Assembly: GCF_006345805.1 (NCBI RefSeq)
Contig: NC_043021.1
Location: forward strand, 14,942,001-15,006,000
DNA: 64,000 nucleotides
Direction of reading: 5' to 3'
Source of the DNA: Octopus sinensis
Taxonomy: Eukaryota
Shown here piece by piece: positions 1 through 31,542 of the stretch. Numbering within the stretch: the first letter of the stretch is position 1; every line of letters starts with the position of its first letter. The notes below the pieces were generated by a model. That model was not told the origin of the DNA. It did not search any database and worked only from the letters and a program-made list of their open reading frames with translations. The translations under genes were made by a program, and so were the position numbers.

Positions 1-547
1 CGGAAACTGAAAGAAGCCTTTCGTATACATATGTATATATCTATGTGTGTTTGTCTGAGTTTGTCCCTCACCACCGCTTCACAATCGGTGTTCGTGTGTT
101 TATGTCCCCTTTACTTAGCGGTTCGGCAAAAGACACCGATACAGTAAGTACCAGGCCTAAAAAAAGTCTCGGGGTCGTTTTATCAAACAAAAACATTTCG
201 AGGCTGTGCTCCAGCATAGCCGCAGTCAAAAGATTTTTTTAAAAATCAGTCAGACTATCACGATTTAGCGAGTGCCATAGTTAATCAATATGTAATCCAT
301 ATAGGGCGACAAACTGGCAGAAACGTTAGCACGCCAGGCAAAATGCTTAGCGGCATTTCATCCACCGTGAGTTCAAATTCTACCGAGGCTTGCCTTTCAT
401 CCTTTTAGGGTCGATAACAAGTACCAGTCGAGTACTAGGATCGATGTAATTGACTTAACCCCTCCTTTGAAATTTCTGGCCTTGTGCCAAAATTAAAAAA
501 AAACAGCATGTAATCTATACAAGATGATAAATAATAATTCCTCAGAT

Positions 548-716
548 CAGTGCTGTCTTAATACATGCGAACACTCGGCATTTGCCCTTGGCCCCCAGAA
601 GTTTAGGGGCCCAGTTCTGGTTTATGTATGCTGTGGCTTGCTATTAATAAATACATGCTGTTGGTCCCAATCATTTATTTGCCCGCGGGTCCCCTAATGA
701 AGTTAAGACGGCCTTG
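548..716. mobile_element. Degenerate hAT-like MITE
   Basis: TIR-like ends CAGTGCTGTCTTAA and TTAAGACGGCCTTG. The flanking 8-mers match only partially. Confidence 0.5.
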
Positions 717-1159
717 TCTCTAATGAATGATTATGTCTTCTGAACACACACACACACACACACACTACACGCACGCACACACACTACACACACACATACA
801 CACACACACACATTAGTCTAGTCATTATCATCATCATCAGGGCATTCTCATTACCCAACCAAAGTCGACTGACGTAGTGACGCAGGAACAAGCATCCACT
901 TATTAATCACATATGTAAAATGTAAGTTAAAACGCTGAATACCACTGGCAGCAATCCCAAATAGTTGGTGATTTAATGACTAAATATACGTATGGATATT
1001 GTTCTGCTGCACTCTGATGCCAATATATAACTGTTAGTCATCGAGTTTCGAGAAAGGAAAGAAACGAAAAGCAACCAGCAGACAATCAAAGCAGAATTGA
1101 GGTAAATGAAGGAAGGGAGATAACTATCAGCTAACAACCTCATATCTAATGTATGACAA

Positions 1160-1670
1160 GGTTGGCAGAATCGTTAGCACACCGGGCGAAATGCTTAGCG
1201 GTATTTCGTCTGCCGCTACGTTCTGAGTTCAAATTCCGCCGAGGTCGACTTTGCCTTTCATCCTTTCAGGGTCGATTAAATAAGTATCAGTTACGCACTG
1301 GGGTCGATGTAATCGACTTAATCCGTTTGTCTGTTCTTGTTTGTCCCTTCTGTGTTTAGCCCCTTGTAGGTGGTAAAGAAATAGGTATTTTGCCTGCCGC
1401 TACGTTCTGAGTTCAAATTCCGCCGAGATCGACTTTGCCTTTCATCCTTTCAGGGTCGATTAAATAAGTACCAGTTACGCACTGGGGTCGATGTAATCGA
1501 CTTGATCCGTTTGTCTGTTCTTGTTTGTCCCTTCTGTGTTTAGCCCCTTGTGGGTGGTAAAGAAATAGGTATTTTGCCTGCCGCTACGTTCTGAGTTCAA
1601 ATTCCGCCGAGGTTGACTTTGCCTTTCATCCTTTCAGGGTCGATTAAATAAGTACCAGTTATGCACTAGG
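1160..1670 (+). mobile_element. tRNA-derived SINE family B, one head plus three 184-bp bodies
   Basis: Head TGGCAGAATCGTTAGCAC..GAGTTCAAATTCC (B box) and body GCCTTTCATCCTTTC.GGGTCGAT..AAGTACCAGTT. CTGAGTTC recurs at 1223, 1407 and 1591. Confidence 0.85.
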
Positions 1671-2540
1671 TGTGTGTGTGTATGTATGTGCGTGTATACA
1701 CACACACCTACATACATGCATGCTTGCATTCAAACACATATACATAAGCACATTTGCAAACGGATATATACGTGTGTATGTGTTTGTGCACGTGTGTGTG
1801 TGTATGTGTGTATAAATATGAATATATGTTCACCCATTTCATCTCTCAGTGTTTAATAAATGAGTCAAAATATGACTGTCAAAAGTAATCAACATTTAAT
1901 CTATACAACAAAATAAATTTTTTGATTCATTCCTGAACACCCAGGCACACACACACACACACACACACACATCTTGTCTTAGCATCAACATTGTTTTGAG
2001 AGAATATTCTCATAATGTGGTCGCTGGCATGACTGTGTGGGTAGGAGGCTTGCTTTGCAACCTCATAGCTTTGGGTTCAGTCCCACAGTGCAGCACTTCA
2101 GTGTCATCTACTATATATATATAATTAATAATATCAAGGGTAATGAGAAATATTAGAAATTTCGGATCTTTTCCTTTTGATTGATGGAATTCAACACAAT
2201 TTCTAGTTAACTAAACAATTTGAAACTTCGTATACTGGTAGAATGTGTCAAAAGAAAACATTATTTTCACTTGGCTTTTTTGATAAATTTGTAATTCGTT
2301 TGTTTAACGTAGTTTAATTTTTCGAATTTTAACCAATCGTATGCTCTCTTTTGAGCTGAAATCATTTGCTGCGTTATCGATATTGATAAACAAACGAGGA
2401 GGCAGTGGCCTAGCGTGTAAAAATTTAGTCAATAGACTATATATTATTCATATAAATACAGTGTACATTTAAACACATAAGAGGCATCCATCATAGGACT
2501 CCTTGGGATGTCTCTTACATGTTTAAATGTACACTGCATT

Positions 2541-2581
<41 letters not shown>

Positions 2582-2749
2582 AGGTATATATATATATATA
2601 TATATATATGTCTATGTATGTGGTGTGTATATAGAAATTCATGTACATATCACTGAATGGTGTTCTTTTTCTGTTGATCCTACATATAACAGAACAGTAA
2701 ACTATATATATATGTGTGTACACACAAACACACACATATATATACATGA

Positions 2750-2832
<83 letters not shown>

Positions 2833-3691
2833 GTGTCTGTATATACATAAATATATATATATATATGCATATATTATTATCAACACCATCATCATTTAAT
2901 GTCTGCCTTCCATGTTGTGATATACACACACACACACACACACATATATACACCTGTGTATTTGCATGTCTACAAATCTAAACATCCATATAATTGCTGT
3001 GTATATCCATGCGTAAACATATTTAACACATGTGGACATGTATGTGTGTGTGTTTGTGCACACATGCCTCTGTTTGTACATTTGTACATACGTACATGCA
3101 TGCATAGACAAGAGCATTCATGGTCTGCCTCCAAGAGAACACATTTTCTGGGTGTAACTCTCTTTAAGGAGATAAAACTTGAGATAAATCTACACCTTCC
3201 GAAAGAAAATTTACCAGATTTCTTTTGTTCTCTCCCCCCCCCCCCGTTTCTTTATTCCTTTGTCTCTGGTTCCTTCTCATTTGTCTCCCTGTGCACCCTT
3301 TCTCTCACAGCTATTCTTCATTTCTGGGAACTCCCAACTAACCCCACCCATTTGTACACTCATCCAGGTACGTACCCATCTGCTTACCCACCCCCCAACA
3401 GCTGGTTGTAAAAATTTCCTCAGCAAAGAAAATATAACCATGCTACTAGTCTTTCTGCTGTAAAGCGGAAGCCCTGAAATTTTGGCCGAGGGGTCAAGTT
3501 GATTACATCGACCGAAATGCTGGATCGGTATTATATTATTTCATTGACCCTGAGAGGATCAAAAGCAAAGCCAACCTCAGTGGGATTTGAACTCAGAACA
3601 TAAAGAGGGATGAAATGCTGCTAAGCATCTTGTCCAGTGTGCTAATGATTCTGCCAGCTCACCACCTTACTACTACTACTACTACTACTAC

Positions 3692-3725
<34 letters not shown>

Positions 3726-3890
3726 CCTTTCTACTGTAGGCACAAGGCCTTAAATTTTGGGGAGGGGGGTTGGTCGATTATATCAACCCCAGTGCTCAAC
3801 TGGTACTTATTTCATTGACTGAAAGAACGAAAGCCAAAGTCAACCTCAGCAGAATTTGAACACAGAATATAAAAACAGATGAAATGCTGT

Positions 3891-4366
3891 TGGAAGTTCC
3901 GAGGATGGGGACTCCCTGTAAAGTTCCATGGATAGAGACTTCCTGGAAAGTTCCAATGATTTCCTTGAAATTTCCGAGGAAATTCCATGGTTAGAGACTT
4001 CCTGGAAAGTTCTGAGGACTTCCTTGAAATTTCCGAGGATGGGGAACTCCTGGAAAGTTCCATGGAAAGGGAGCTCCTGGAAAGTTCCAAGGATTTCATG
4101 GAAAGCTCCAGGGATGAGAAAGTTCCTGGAAAGTTCTGAGGATGAAATTCCTGGAAAATTTCGGGGACTTCCTGGAAAGTTCAGGGGGATAAGAGACTTC
4201 CTGGAAAGTTCTGAATATGAGACTTCCTGGAAAATTCTGATGAATTCCTGGAAAGTTCCGAGGATTTCCTGCAAAGGTCCGAGGATAAGAGACTTTCTGG
4301 AAAGTTCTGAGAATGGGATACTTCCTGGAAAGTTCTGAGGATGAGAGACTTCCTGGAAAGTTCCGA
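3891..4366. repeat. Irregular minisatellite built on GAGACTTCCTGGAAAGTTC
   Basis: Core motif repeated with variable spacers; 10 exact TTCCTGGAA copies. Confidence 0.9.
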
Positions 4367-4672
4367 AGGTAAGGACAAGATGCAACTTCGTTGAAACAGT
4401 CCTTCTCGCAAAGCAAATTAAATAAAATTTGGGATTTTTTGCAGAGGGGTAAAAGGGGTAACAAGAACAGGACAGTGAAAACAAAACAAGACAGTAAAAG
4501 CAATAAAAGTGAAAACAGTAACAGACAGAACAAAGAGAATAACAGTAAAAGCAAAAACAGTTCGTTTCCATGTTTTTGTTTTTATGTTTTCGTTTCTCAT
4601 TGTTTTCAATGGTTTTTTGATGTCCTGTACCCATATATGATGTATATATACATATAGATGTAGGTATGTACA

Positions 4673-5160
<488 letters not shown>

Positions 5161-5957
5161 AAAAAATATATATATATATAAGGTGTATTATGAGCATTTA
5201 TAGAACACAGTCCTATATACAGTCAATAAACAATTAAAAATGGAGAAAGGAAGATGTTAGAAGTTTGATAACATTTTAATCCATGCATACGATTCGTGCT
5301 ACTGGAAACATGTAACCCAATACAACTTGTTGCGTGGTGAGGCTGTCAGTGACAGCAATCCTACCAGACTCATACATACGTACGTATGTATGTATGTATG
5401 AGTCTGAGAATCATTAAAAATTGATTAACAAACCCTACTTTTCCAACCAATGGAACTGTAAAAAATCTATCAAGAAAACATATAATGTATAAATTATATA
5501 AAATAAATCTTTAACACAGATGTGTATTTAATGAAAGACACACACATAAATGTGTGTATATATACACATATATATATACATATATATATATATAATATAT
5601 ATATATATATTTATATACACACATATATATGCATGCATACATATACGTGCGTGTTTGTGTGTACACAAAATTCATTTTGGGCACGGTGTTTCTCAAATCA
5701 CACACACGAAAATGTAAATAGTTTGTAAATATTCAGTTGAAAGACCCTGTTGCATAGAAAAATTCAAAGGGTGTTCATGATTTCAACAGATTCTTTCAAA
5801 CCAATACGTGCACGATATTACTTATTGCTTTATGTGTGTACTTCGGGATATACCATTCCAGAAACAAAAACCGAAGTATTTCATGTCCTCAGAAGTTTAT
5901 AAAATTCTTATCATACATACATATATCTATCTATCTGTCTGTCTATTTATCTATCTA

Positions 5958-6001
<44 letters not shown>

Positions 6002-6400
6002 CATATGTATATACATATCTGAGACCCCCTTTGGTTACGACACAGACCATGGGATTGCACCTAGAAAGTTATCCTCCCAGGCACAAGTCTGGGCAAGGTT
6101 GTTTATGGAGGACCAGCAATCGCCCATGCATACCAGCCTCCCCTCTCCACACCACTGATGTTATCCAAAGGAAAGGCAAAGGGGCTGATACAGCTTGACA
6201 CCTGTAATGTCGCAACTCATCTCTACAGCTGAATGGACTGGAGGAACGTGAAATAAAGTGTCTTGCTCAAGAACACAACACACAGCCCAGTCTGAGAATC
6301 GAACTCACAACTTCATGATCATAAGCTCGACGCTCTAACCACTGAGCCATGTGCCTTCACTTATATACATACACATATATACATATATATGTATAATATG

Positions 6401-6439
<39 letters not shown>

Positions 6440-6717
6440 TTTTATCTTCTACTTGTTTCAGTCACCACTTAAAGAAATTTTAGTTAAATGAATTTATCCC
6501 AGTACTTTTTTCTTTAAATATATATATATATATATATGCATATATTGTACAATATTCAACAATTAGTAAAATAAATTGAACGTAACCAACCTGGAAAGCA
6601 ACCTTTTTCTGAAGTACCATCTTTGATAATAATTCTGTAAAGCACTGAACTGTTATTGGTCTGTAATTGTCTCTTAACGCATGTATGTTTATCTATGAAT
6701 GTGTGAATACATACATA

Positions 6718-6749
<32 letters not shown>

Positions 6750-6786
6750 AATGTATATATTTGTATATAAATGTATGTCTATGTAT

Positions 6787-6834
<48 letters not shown>

Positions 6835-8681
6835 TTGTGAATCCTTAACAACACATCAATTTCTCACAATCTCAATCTCTGTGTGCAAAAGATCACAAAA
6901 TGTTTTTCGAAGTTTTCAAGTATGCTCTTTCTAAAACTCAAAGGGCAAATGAGACTATTTTTCAAGGTGGAGATTTCACTTGTTTTGCTTGCCTTTCTTT
7001 CATTCCTTCTTTCCGTGGTTTGTATAAGATAATTTTTGTAATACATATCTCTCTCTCCTGTTGTTGTTGTTGTTGTTGTTGTTTAACCCCAGGTCAGCCC
7101 CGGGTGAGCAGAACCTGTTATCAAACACAGCCCAGCCATGCCTGCTTTTTCACAAACAGTTTTCTCCCATATGTAATAACAACCTCAAGGACCATATGAC
7201 CGAATGTTATCTCTCTCTTATTTCCTTTTATTTCATTAAGAAACCAAGGGTGTGATTGTGAGATCTGAAGGAGATTTGACAGCTATTAATAGCTAACAAC
7301 AAGCAGGACGAGAGTCCACATAGTGGGTTCCTCGCTCACTTCTACACCTCTGCTCTATCTGTTTGTTTCGCTCTATTAAAAGCTCAGTGCTCAACCAGCA
7401 CATGACATCTTTCCTTCAATGACATTTTCTCTGGTTGTCTTTTCTCAACATTTGTCAGTCAGTGTCTGTGGTTGTTGAACAATGTTTTATCAACTATCAA
7501 TATTACACCTGTCATAATCTACCTCTACAACTGGGTCAATTGACATTACACCATTCACATTTTCTTTATTTTTCATGTAAATTTGTTGGGGTTATTTTGT
7601 TGTTTCTTCTTTTATTTTTTTTTTCCATTTTTTTCTTCATTTTATAGAAGAAATATGTGATAAAATATTTCATAAATAGGAATTCTTTTTCATTTTCTCT
7701 CTCTCTTTCTCCTTGTGTCTGCATACTTCTATATCTATGTGTGTGCTGGTGTGTGTATGTATACATTTATACATGTATATACACAAGTATAAAAGTAGGT
7801 ACATATATATATATGCCCTTTAATTTGTAAATTGTGAGTAAGTTCTGCTACTGCTGTATAATTTGTGTAGTTGATTCCAAAAGTAAATACACCATTGTCT
7901 GTCTGGTGCCTCTTTATCTCAGCAAGCTTTTTCTTAAGGGATGTTGACTTCAGTTAACTGTGGAGAGTATTGTCATCCATGAACTATACTTGACACATGA
8001 TGTTTCTATTATATGTAAGGAGCCTGGAGGGTGAGCAGGTTGGCTTGGAGTTGGCTTCCATTACTTCTGGATGTCCATTCTGTAGATTTGCATGACTCTT
8101 CAACTTCTCTGTCTGTCTGTCTGTCTGGCCCCCCCTCTCTCTGACAGACACACACACATCAACAGAGATAAAAAAATGCAGAGAAAAACAACTAATACTG
8201 AAGACTTCTACTTTGTTTACTTTGACACAGATCTTGTTTCACTGATAAAGAAATGTCATCTGGTTTGACACTCCATGATGACTGCTTCCAAGATTTATGG
8301 GACTGTTTCATAAATAATATGAAGCTGAACCTCCCCATTAACCCTTTTGTTGCCATATTTCCATTGTAATGCATTTCCTTTGTTTCAATGAATTTTGAAA
8401 ATTATGATGAATTTAGTGAAATATTTGTTTCAGTTAACTCTTAAAATAATGAAAAATTTTGTGAAATTCTTAAATCGCTAAAAAAAATATATAACCCTTT
8501 TGTTATATTCCTGTTAAATACACTGTGTTTATTTCAATTAATTTTGAAAATGGAGAATTTAATGAAATAACTTTACTTTTTAATCTTTTCTTACCATATT
8601 CCCGTTGAAATACAATGATTTTGTTTTAGTCAGTTTTGAAAAATAATCAAGAATTTTGTAAAATAACTTTGTCATTGTTAA

Positions 8682-8898
8682 CCCTTATTTTAACATATTT
8701 CTGTTGAAATATGCTGTCTTTGTTTCAATTAATTCCTAAAATAATGTAGAATTTTCTAAAATATCTTTTTCATATTAAACTTGTGTTTAGAACACAAATT
8801 AGCATAAATTTTGATAGAAGGTTTTTAATTTAGTTCACTAAAGTTGGTACCATAGAACTACGGGATAGTCTCAGTCAGATAGGTTGACATCAGAAGGG
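8682..8898. mobile_element. piggyBac-like MITE
   Basis: TTAA|CCCTT...AAGGG|TTAA. Related partial copies lie at 8338-8677 and 38551-38815. Confidence 0.65.
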
Positions 8899-9603
8899 TT
8901 AAAGAAGTTTTATTATTACAAGAGATGGTATTTTCTGTCTGAAAAATGGCACCTTTAGCAAGAACTCCTTGCAATTTTCAGACTCAAGAAATGGAGGCTG
9001 AGAGAAAATGTTGTAGATTGCTTTGTGACATGTCATTAAAACAAATAGCAAATTAATGATTAATTTAAGATCCTTGCCAAATTATTCCATGAGACAACTT
9101 TGAGTCAGTGTTATTATTGATCACTTAATTATGCTTGATTATTGGTGATTTTTCTGCAAATGTACTTGCAACACTCACAAAAATAGATCTATTGATTTCC
9201 ACATAGTAGTAGTAGTAGTAGTAGTGGTGGTAGTAGTAGTCTCTTGAAAGACACACTATAGTCTTTGTGTAAATAATCAAATTAACGAAATATAGGTAGC
9301 TTTTCTCTATACTATCATTTCTACTACTACTACACCACTACTGCTACAATTTTTGCAAAAGAATTTTAATTATTGCATTGACTCTATTAGTGATATATTT
9401 TCACTTTTCTTGTTTTTCTTCCTATGAGATCTTATTTCACAATATTGATTGACAAAAAGAAAAACATTTCTTGCAAGTATTTGGTAATGTAGGGAAGAAG
9501 ATCGTTATCTTTGTTAAACTATTAGAGGAGGAACAACGCTTAAAGGTAGTGCCCCAGCAAAACAATAAATAAAACAACACATTAATTTTAGGACAAATTA
9601 TAA

Positions 9604-9623
9604 TTTATTCTGATACCTTTATT
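9604..9623 (-). terminator. Candidate proximal polyadenylation signals of ERK5 (two AATAAA)
   Basis: TTTATT on the plus strand at 9604-9609 and 9618-9623, about 680 nt past the stop. More distal AATAAA sites also exist (8909, 8528, 7565), so the true 3' end is undetermined. Confidence 0.3.
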
Positions 9624-10297
9624 CCAATATTCCGGAATTCTTTGAACCAAAGAATTTCATATGTTTCTAATATACTAAACTCATGAATGACAAAACAGAG
9701 AATGAGGTTGGTAGTGATGGGGGTTGGTGGTAGAGGTAAGTGCAGTGGTGGTGGTGGTGATGGTGGTGGTGATGGTGGTAATATGAGGGGAGGGGCTTGT
9801 TGAAGGAAATCAAGGATATAAGACTAGATATCAGACAAGCTGTCAGGGATCAACTATTTTATATATACTCTCTCTCACATGTACATCATGTATACACACA
9901 CACACACACACATGCATATTTATACATACATGCATACATCTGAAGACTGTTTCAACAAAGAAAATTGGAATTGTCTTCTTGAATTTTTAAACTTCAACAC
10001 ACACACACACACACATACCAGTATATATGTATACACACACACACACACACATAGATATATACATGTATACACACACACATACAGATATATACATGTATAC
10101 ACACACACAAATACACACAGATATATACATGTATACATGCACACACACACATACCAGTATATATATGTATACACACACACGCATAGATATATACATGTAT
10201 ACACACACATACACACACACATACGCACGCACACACGGACACACACACACACACACAAAATGAAGTCTGTTTTGCAGCTGTCCTCTATGCTACAGCT

Positions 10298-27703
<17,406 letters not shown>

Positions 27704-29160
27704 TTAAACCAAAAATACTAATAATAATTAGGCGCCAAGGAGAAAGACAATCATTTATTTAATCATTAATTTATCAAACTAGGTGTGTCCAAAGAATACA
27801 TTAATCTATTTATCTTTGACCTTTAACAGGCTTCAGTCATTCGACTGTGGTCATGCTGGGGCACCGCCTTGAAGAGTTTGTTGTCTGTTCCTTCTCAAGC
27901 TATGCCTGGCTCATTAGGGCTGGTTTCCCGGTTTCCTTGGCGTATAGGTTCCACACCTGGATGAGACGCTGGTCTGTTGCAGGTGAACTGCAAGATGCAG
28001 GATGAAAGAGTGAAAGTTGTGGCAAAAGAGTCAGCAGAAGTTTGCCATTACCTTCTGCCAGTGCCGCGTGGAGCTTAGGTGTTTCGCTCATAAACACACA
28101 TCACCCGGTTTGAGATTCGAACCCACGATCCCTCGACCGCGAGTCCGCTGCTCTAACCACTAGGCCATGTGCCTCCACACACACAGACTAAGTGAACACG
28201 TGTGTGTGTGTGTGTGTGTGTTGTGTGTGTGTGAGAGAGAGAAAATGACAACAACCGGGAGTTGTAGTAATTTGCTATACTTGAGAAGACACGTTGAGCG
28301 AAGTACAATCGCCGTCATCCATACATATACACTTGTCTTTTCCAGGTGCTGGTGCCACGTAAAATGCCCTCGTACTGGTGCCACATGAACACACCTGTGC
28401 TAGTGCTGTGTAAAAGCACCCAGTACACTCTGTAAAGTGGTTGACGTTAGGAAGAGTGTCCAGCCATAGAAACCATGCCACAACAGACAATTGGAGCCTA
28501 GACAGCTCTCTGGCTGACCAGTTCTCTGGCTGACCAGCTCTCTGGCTGACCAGCTCCTGTCAAACCGTCCAATCCAAGCCAGCATGGAAAACAGATGTTA
28601 AATGATGATACATGATGATGATGATCATCATCATTATCGTTTCACGTCCACTTTCCATGCTGGCATGGGTGGGATGGTTTGACAAGAGCCAGCCAGGCCG
28701 AAGCCTGCACCAGACTGTTTTGGCTGGATGCCCTTCCTAAGACTAACAACTCAGCAGAGTGGACCCAGTGCTTTTTACATAGCACAAGCACAAGTGAGGT
28801 CAGATTTGTCAAGGTTTTTTACAGCTGGATGCCCTTCCAAATACACACATACATATGTGTGTGTGTGTATAGAAATATATAATAATAATAATAATAATAA
28901 TTGTAGGGAATATAATTCCAAAACCTACAGGGAAAAATTCAATTTAACAATTTTAAATCAAACTTCACAAACTATAATATATGTATATAATTTAGAGAAA
29001 AACTTTTTTTACTACTATTTATTGTACTTTATTAATTTTTAGAATAAGGTTTTTTTTTATAGTATATGTTTTCTATATGGTGTGAATAACATCTTTCTTT
29101 ATTGAATTGTTTAATAGAGGTTTTCCTCTAAATTATATAGATATATACATACATATATAT

Positions 29161-29225
<65 letters not shown>

Positions 29226-29269
29226 AGCCACTACACACATTTTTTTCTCTCCTTGTTTTTTCTGTGTCC

Positions 29270-29305
29270 CTTTCTGTTGAAGAGCGTAGGCTCGAAACGC
29301 AAAAG
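29270..29305 (+). ncRNA. Hammerhead-like motif with CUGUUGA core, within a ~165-bp repeat (about 29225-29395)
   Basis: CUUU-CUGUUGA-A-GAG(CGUAGG)CUC-GAAAC-GC-A-AAAG. Confidence 0.45.
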
Positions 29306-29402
29306 ACTTTTTCTATTCCTGAGTTTTATACTAATACATCTGTTTCTTTTGTACACCACCTGTCTTCGTCTTTTGTTTTTTTCATAAACCCTCCCTATAT
29401 AT

Positions 29403-29458
<56 letters not shown>

Positions 29459-30504
29459 CACATACATACACACACATATAGATACATATATATACACCAC
29501 TTGCACAGACATACACTCACACAGTGCAACACACAGCTGTTCTCAAAAGTCCAGAATACATGCTAAAAGTACCTGTGCCTATGCGTTGTCTTGCTCATTC
29601 TCTCCCTCCCCCCACGCCACTTCCCGACCCAAACACACTCGTGTGAATATCATTCTCTCTTAATGCAGACACCATTCGGAAAATCTTGAACAGATGTCTA
29701 CCTCTATTCAGGATTTACCACTATTTTCTAAAATTTTTCATAAAGGTCTCCTTCTATATGTAAGTGTGCAGACACAATAATAGACTTTCCCTCTCTCTCT
29801 CCTCCCCCCACACAAATCCACCGACACCTTTCAAAAAACACTTATACAGAGGTGGGGTGTACTTGTGCCTACATAACATTAACCCCCTCCACTGTCCGGT
29901 TGTACGTAAAAAGCACCATCCGATCGTGGCCGCTTGCCAGCCCCGCCTGGCCCCCGTGCCGGTGGCACGTAAAAAGCACCCACTACACTCACGGAGTGGT
30001 TGGCATTAGAAAGGGCATCCAGCCGTAGAAACACTGCCAGATCAGACTGGGCCTGGTGCAGCCTTCTGGCTTCCCAGACCCCAGTTGAACCGTCCAACCC
30101 ATGCTAGCATGGAAAGCGGACGCTAAATGATGATGATGATGATGATGACTCTCTCCATACACAAGCACATTCACACACACACACATACATTGTTATACTT
30201 TTACAAGAAGAGGGGTGACAGTAACTTCACAGCTTCAACCTGCAACTGTCTGACATTTGAACAAAAGCTAGCAGATCAAAACTTCGAAGTTACTATCGCC
30301 TTTCTTCTTGTAAAGGTATAATACATATAAGCTCGACAACAAAAACTTAGAAATTCTGCCGAGGTGATATTTCCCCATGTTTTAGCTTTTGAATGGTGCC
30401 ATCCTGCTGGCTAGGTGACATTGCTCCTGATCAAAAAGCTCCATTACAGGGTGCACCCATTTACAGCTGAGTGGAGTGGTGCAATGTGAAAAGAAGTGTT
30501 ACTG

Positions 30505-31060
30505 CCCAGACAGGAAAGCTATTGGCCAGACAAGAAAGCTACTGGTCAGACAGGAAAGCTATTGACCAGACAGGAAAGCTATTGACCAGACAGGAAAGCT
30601 GTTGGCCAGACAGGAAAGCTATCGGTCAGACAGGGAAGCTATTGACCAGACAGGAAAGCTGTTGGCCAGACAGGAAAGCTATTGGTCAGACAGGAAAGCT
30701 ATTGGTCAGACAGGAAAGCTGTTGGCCAGACAGGAAAGCTGTTGGCCAGACAGGAAAGCTATTGACCAGACAGGAAAGCTATTGGCCAGACAGGAAAGCT
30801 ATTGGCCAGATAAAAAAGCTATTGGTCAAACAGGAAAGCTATTGGTCAAACAGGAAAGCTATTGACCAGACAGGAAAGCTATTGGCCAGACAGGAAAGTT
30901 ATTGGCCAGACAGGAAAGCTGTTGGCCAGACAAGAAAGCTATTGGTCAAACAGGAAAGCTATTGACCAGACAGGAAAGCTATTGGTCAGACAGGAAAGCT
31001 ATTGGCCAGACAAGAAAGCTGTTGGTCAGACAGGAAAGCTGTTGGCCAGACAGGAATGCT
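30505..31060. repeat. 20-bp minisatellite (GGCCAGACAGGAAAGCTATT), about 28 copies
   Basis: Direct 20-nt periodicity. About 3 inverted units occur at 31773-31830. Confidence 0.95.
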
Positions 31061-31502
31061 ACCTAAGGTCAGACCATTACTGTCCAGTAACATCCCCAGA
31101 TGGGAATGTTACTTTCAGTAGAACAGAACAGAATAAAACCAACAAGCATCATAGCAAAGCAAGATTTCCCCTTATTCAGTTCTATGAAACCAGAGTTAAG
31201 TAAGTGGCGGCAATTAAAAGCTCCTTGGAGTTTCAGAAGAATTTTAATACACTGCAGCTCAGAATCAAACAAAAAACAATAAGAAAGTATGAAACAGATT
31301 TAGAACAGATGGTTAACTGGATGACATGAGGAGGAGAAAAATTCTCCACGAGATATTAAGATAACATGCTCCATACATAACATAAATAGAGTTGGGTGTT
31401 TCTGATATACCACTTCACTTTATGGGTTGTTGTTGTTATTGTTGTTATTGTTGTTGGTACAGGATATTGCTCTCTTTTTTACTGAAGGTTTCTCTTCATT
31501 TC

Positions 31503-31542
<40 letters not shown>

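Noticed and set aside
3891-4366. Heat-shock element array (nGAAnnTTCn)
   Set aside because: Only two-pentamer GAAAGTTC units are present. The neighbouring TTC-GAA spacing is 3 nt rather than 2, so no three-unit HSE forms.
30505-31060. CRISPR-like appearance of the 20-bp and 32-bp arrays
   Set aside because: The units are contiguous with no unique spacers, there are no cas genes, and the context is eukaryotic. They are minisatellites.
31061-31260. Possible 5' UTR exon of ERK5 (pyrimidine tract and AG|GTAGCA donor)
   Set aside because: The donor is weak and there is no independent support. It needs RNA-seq.
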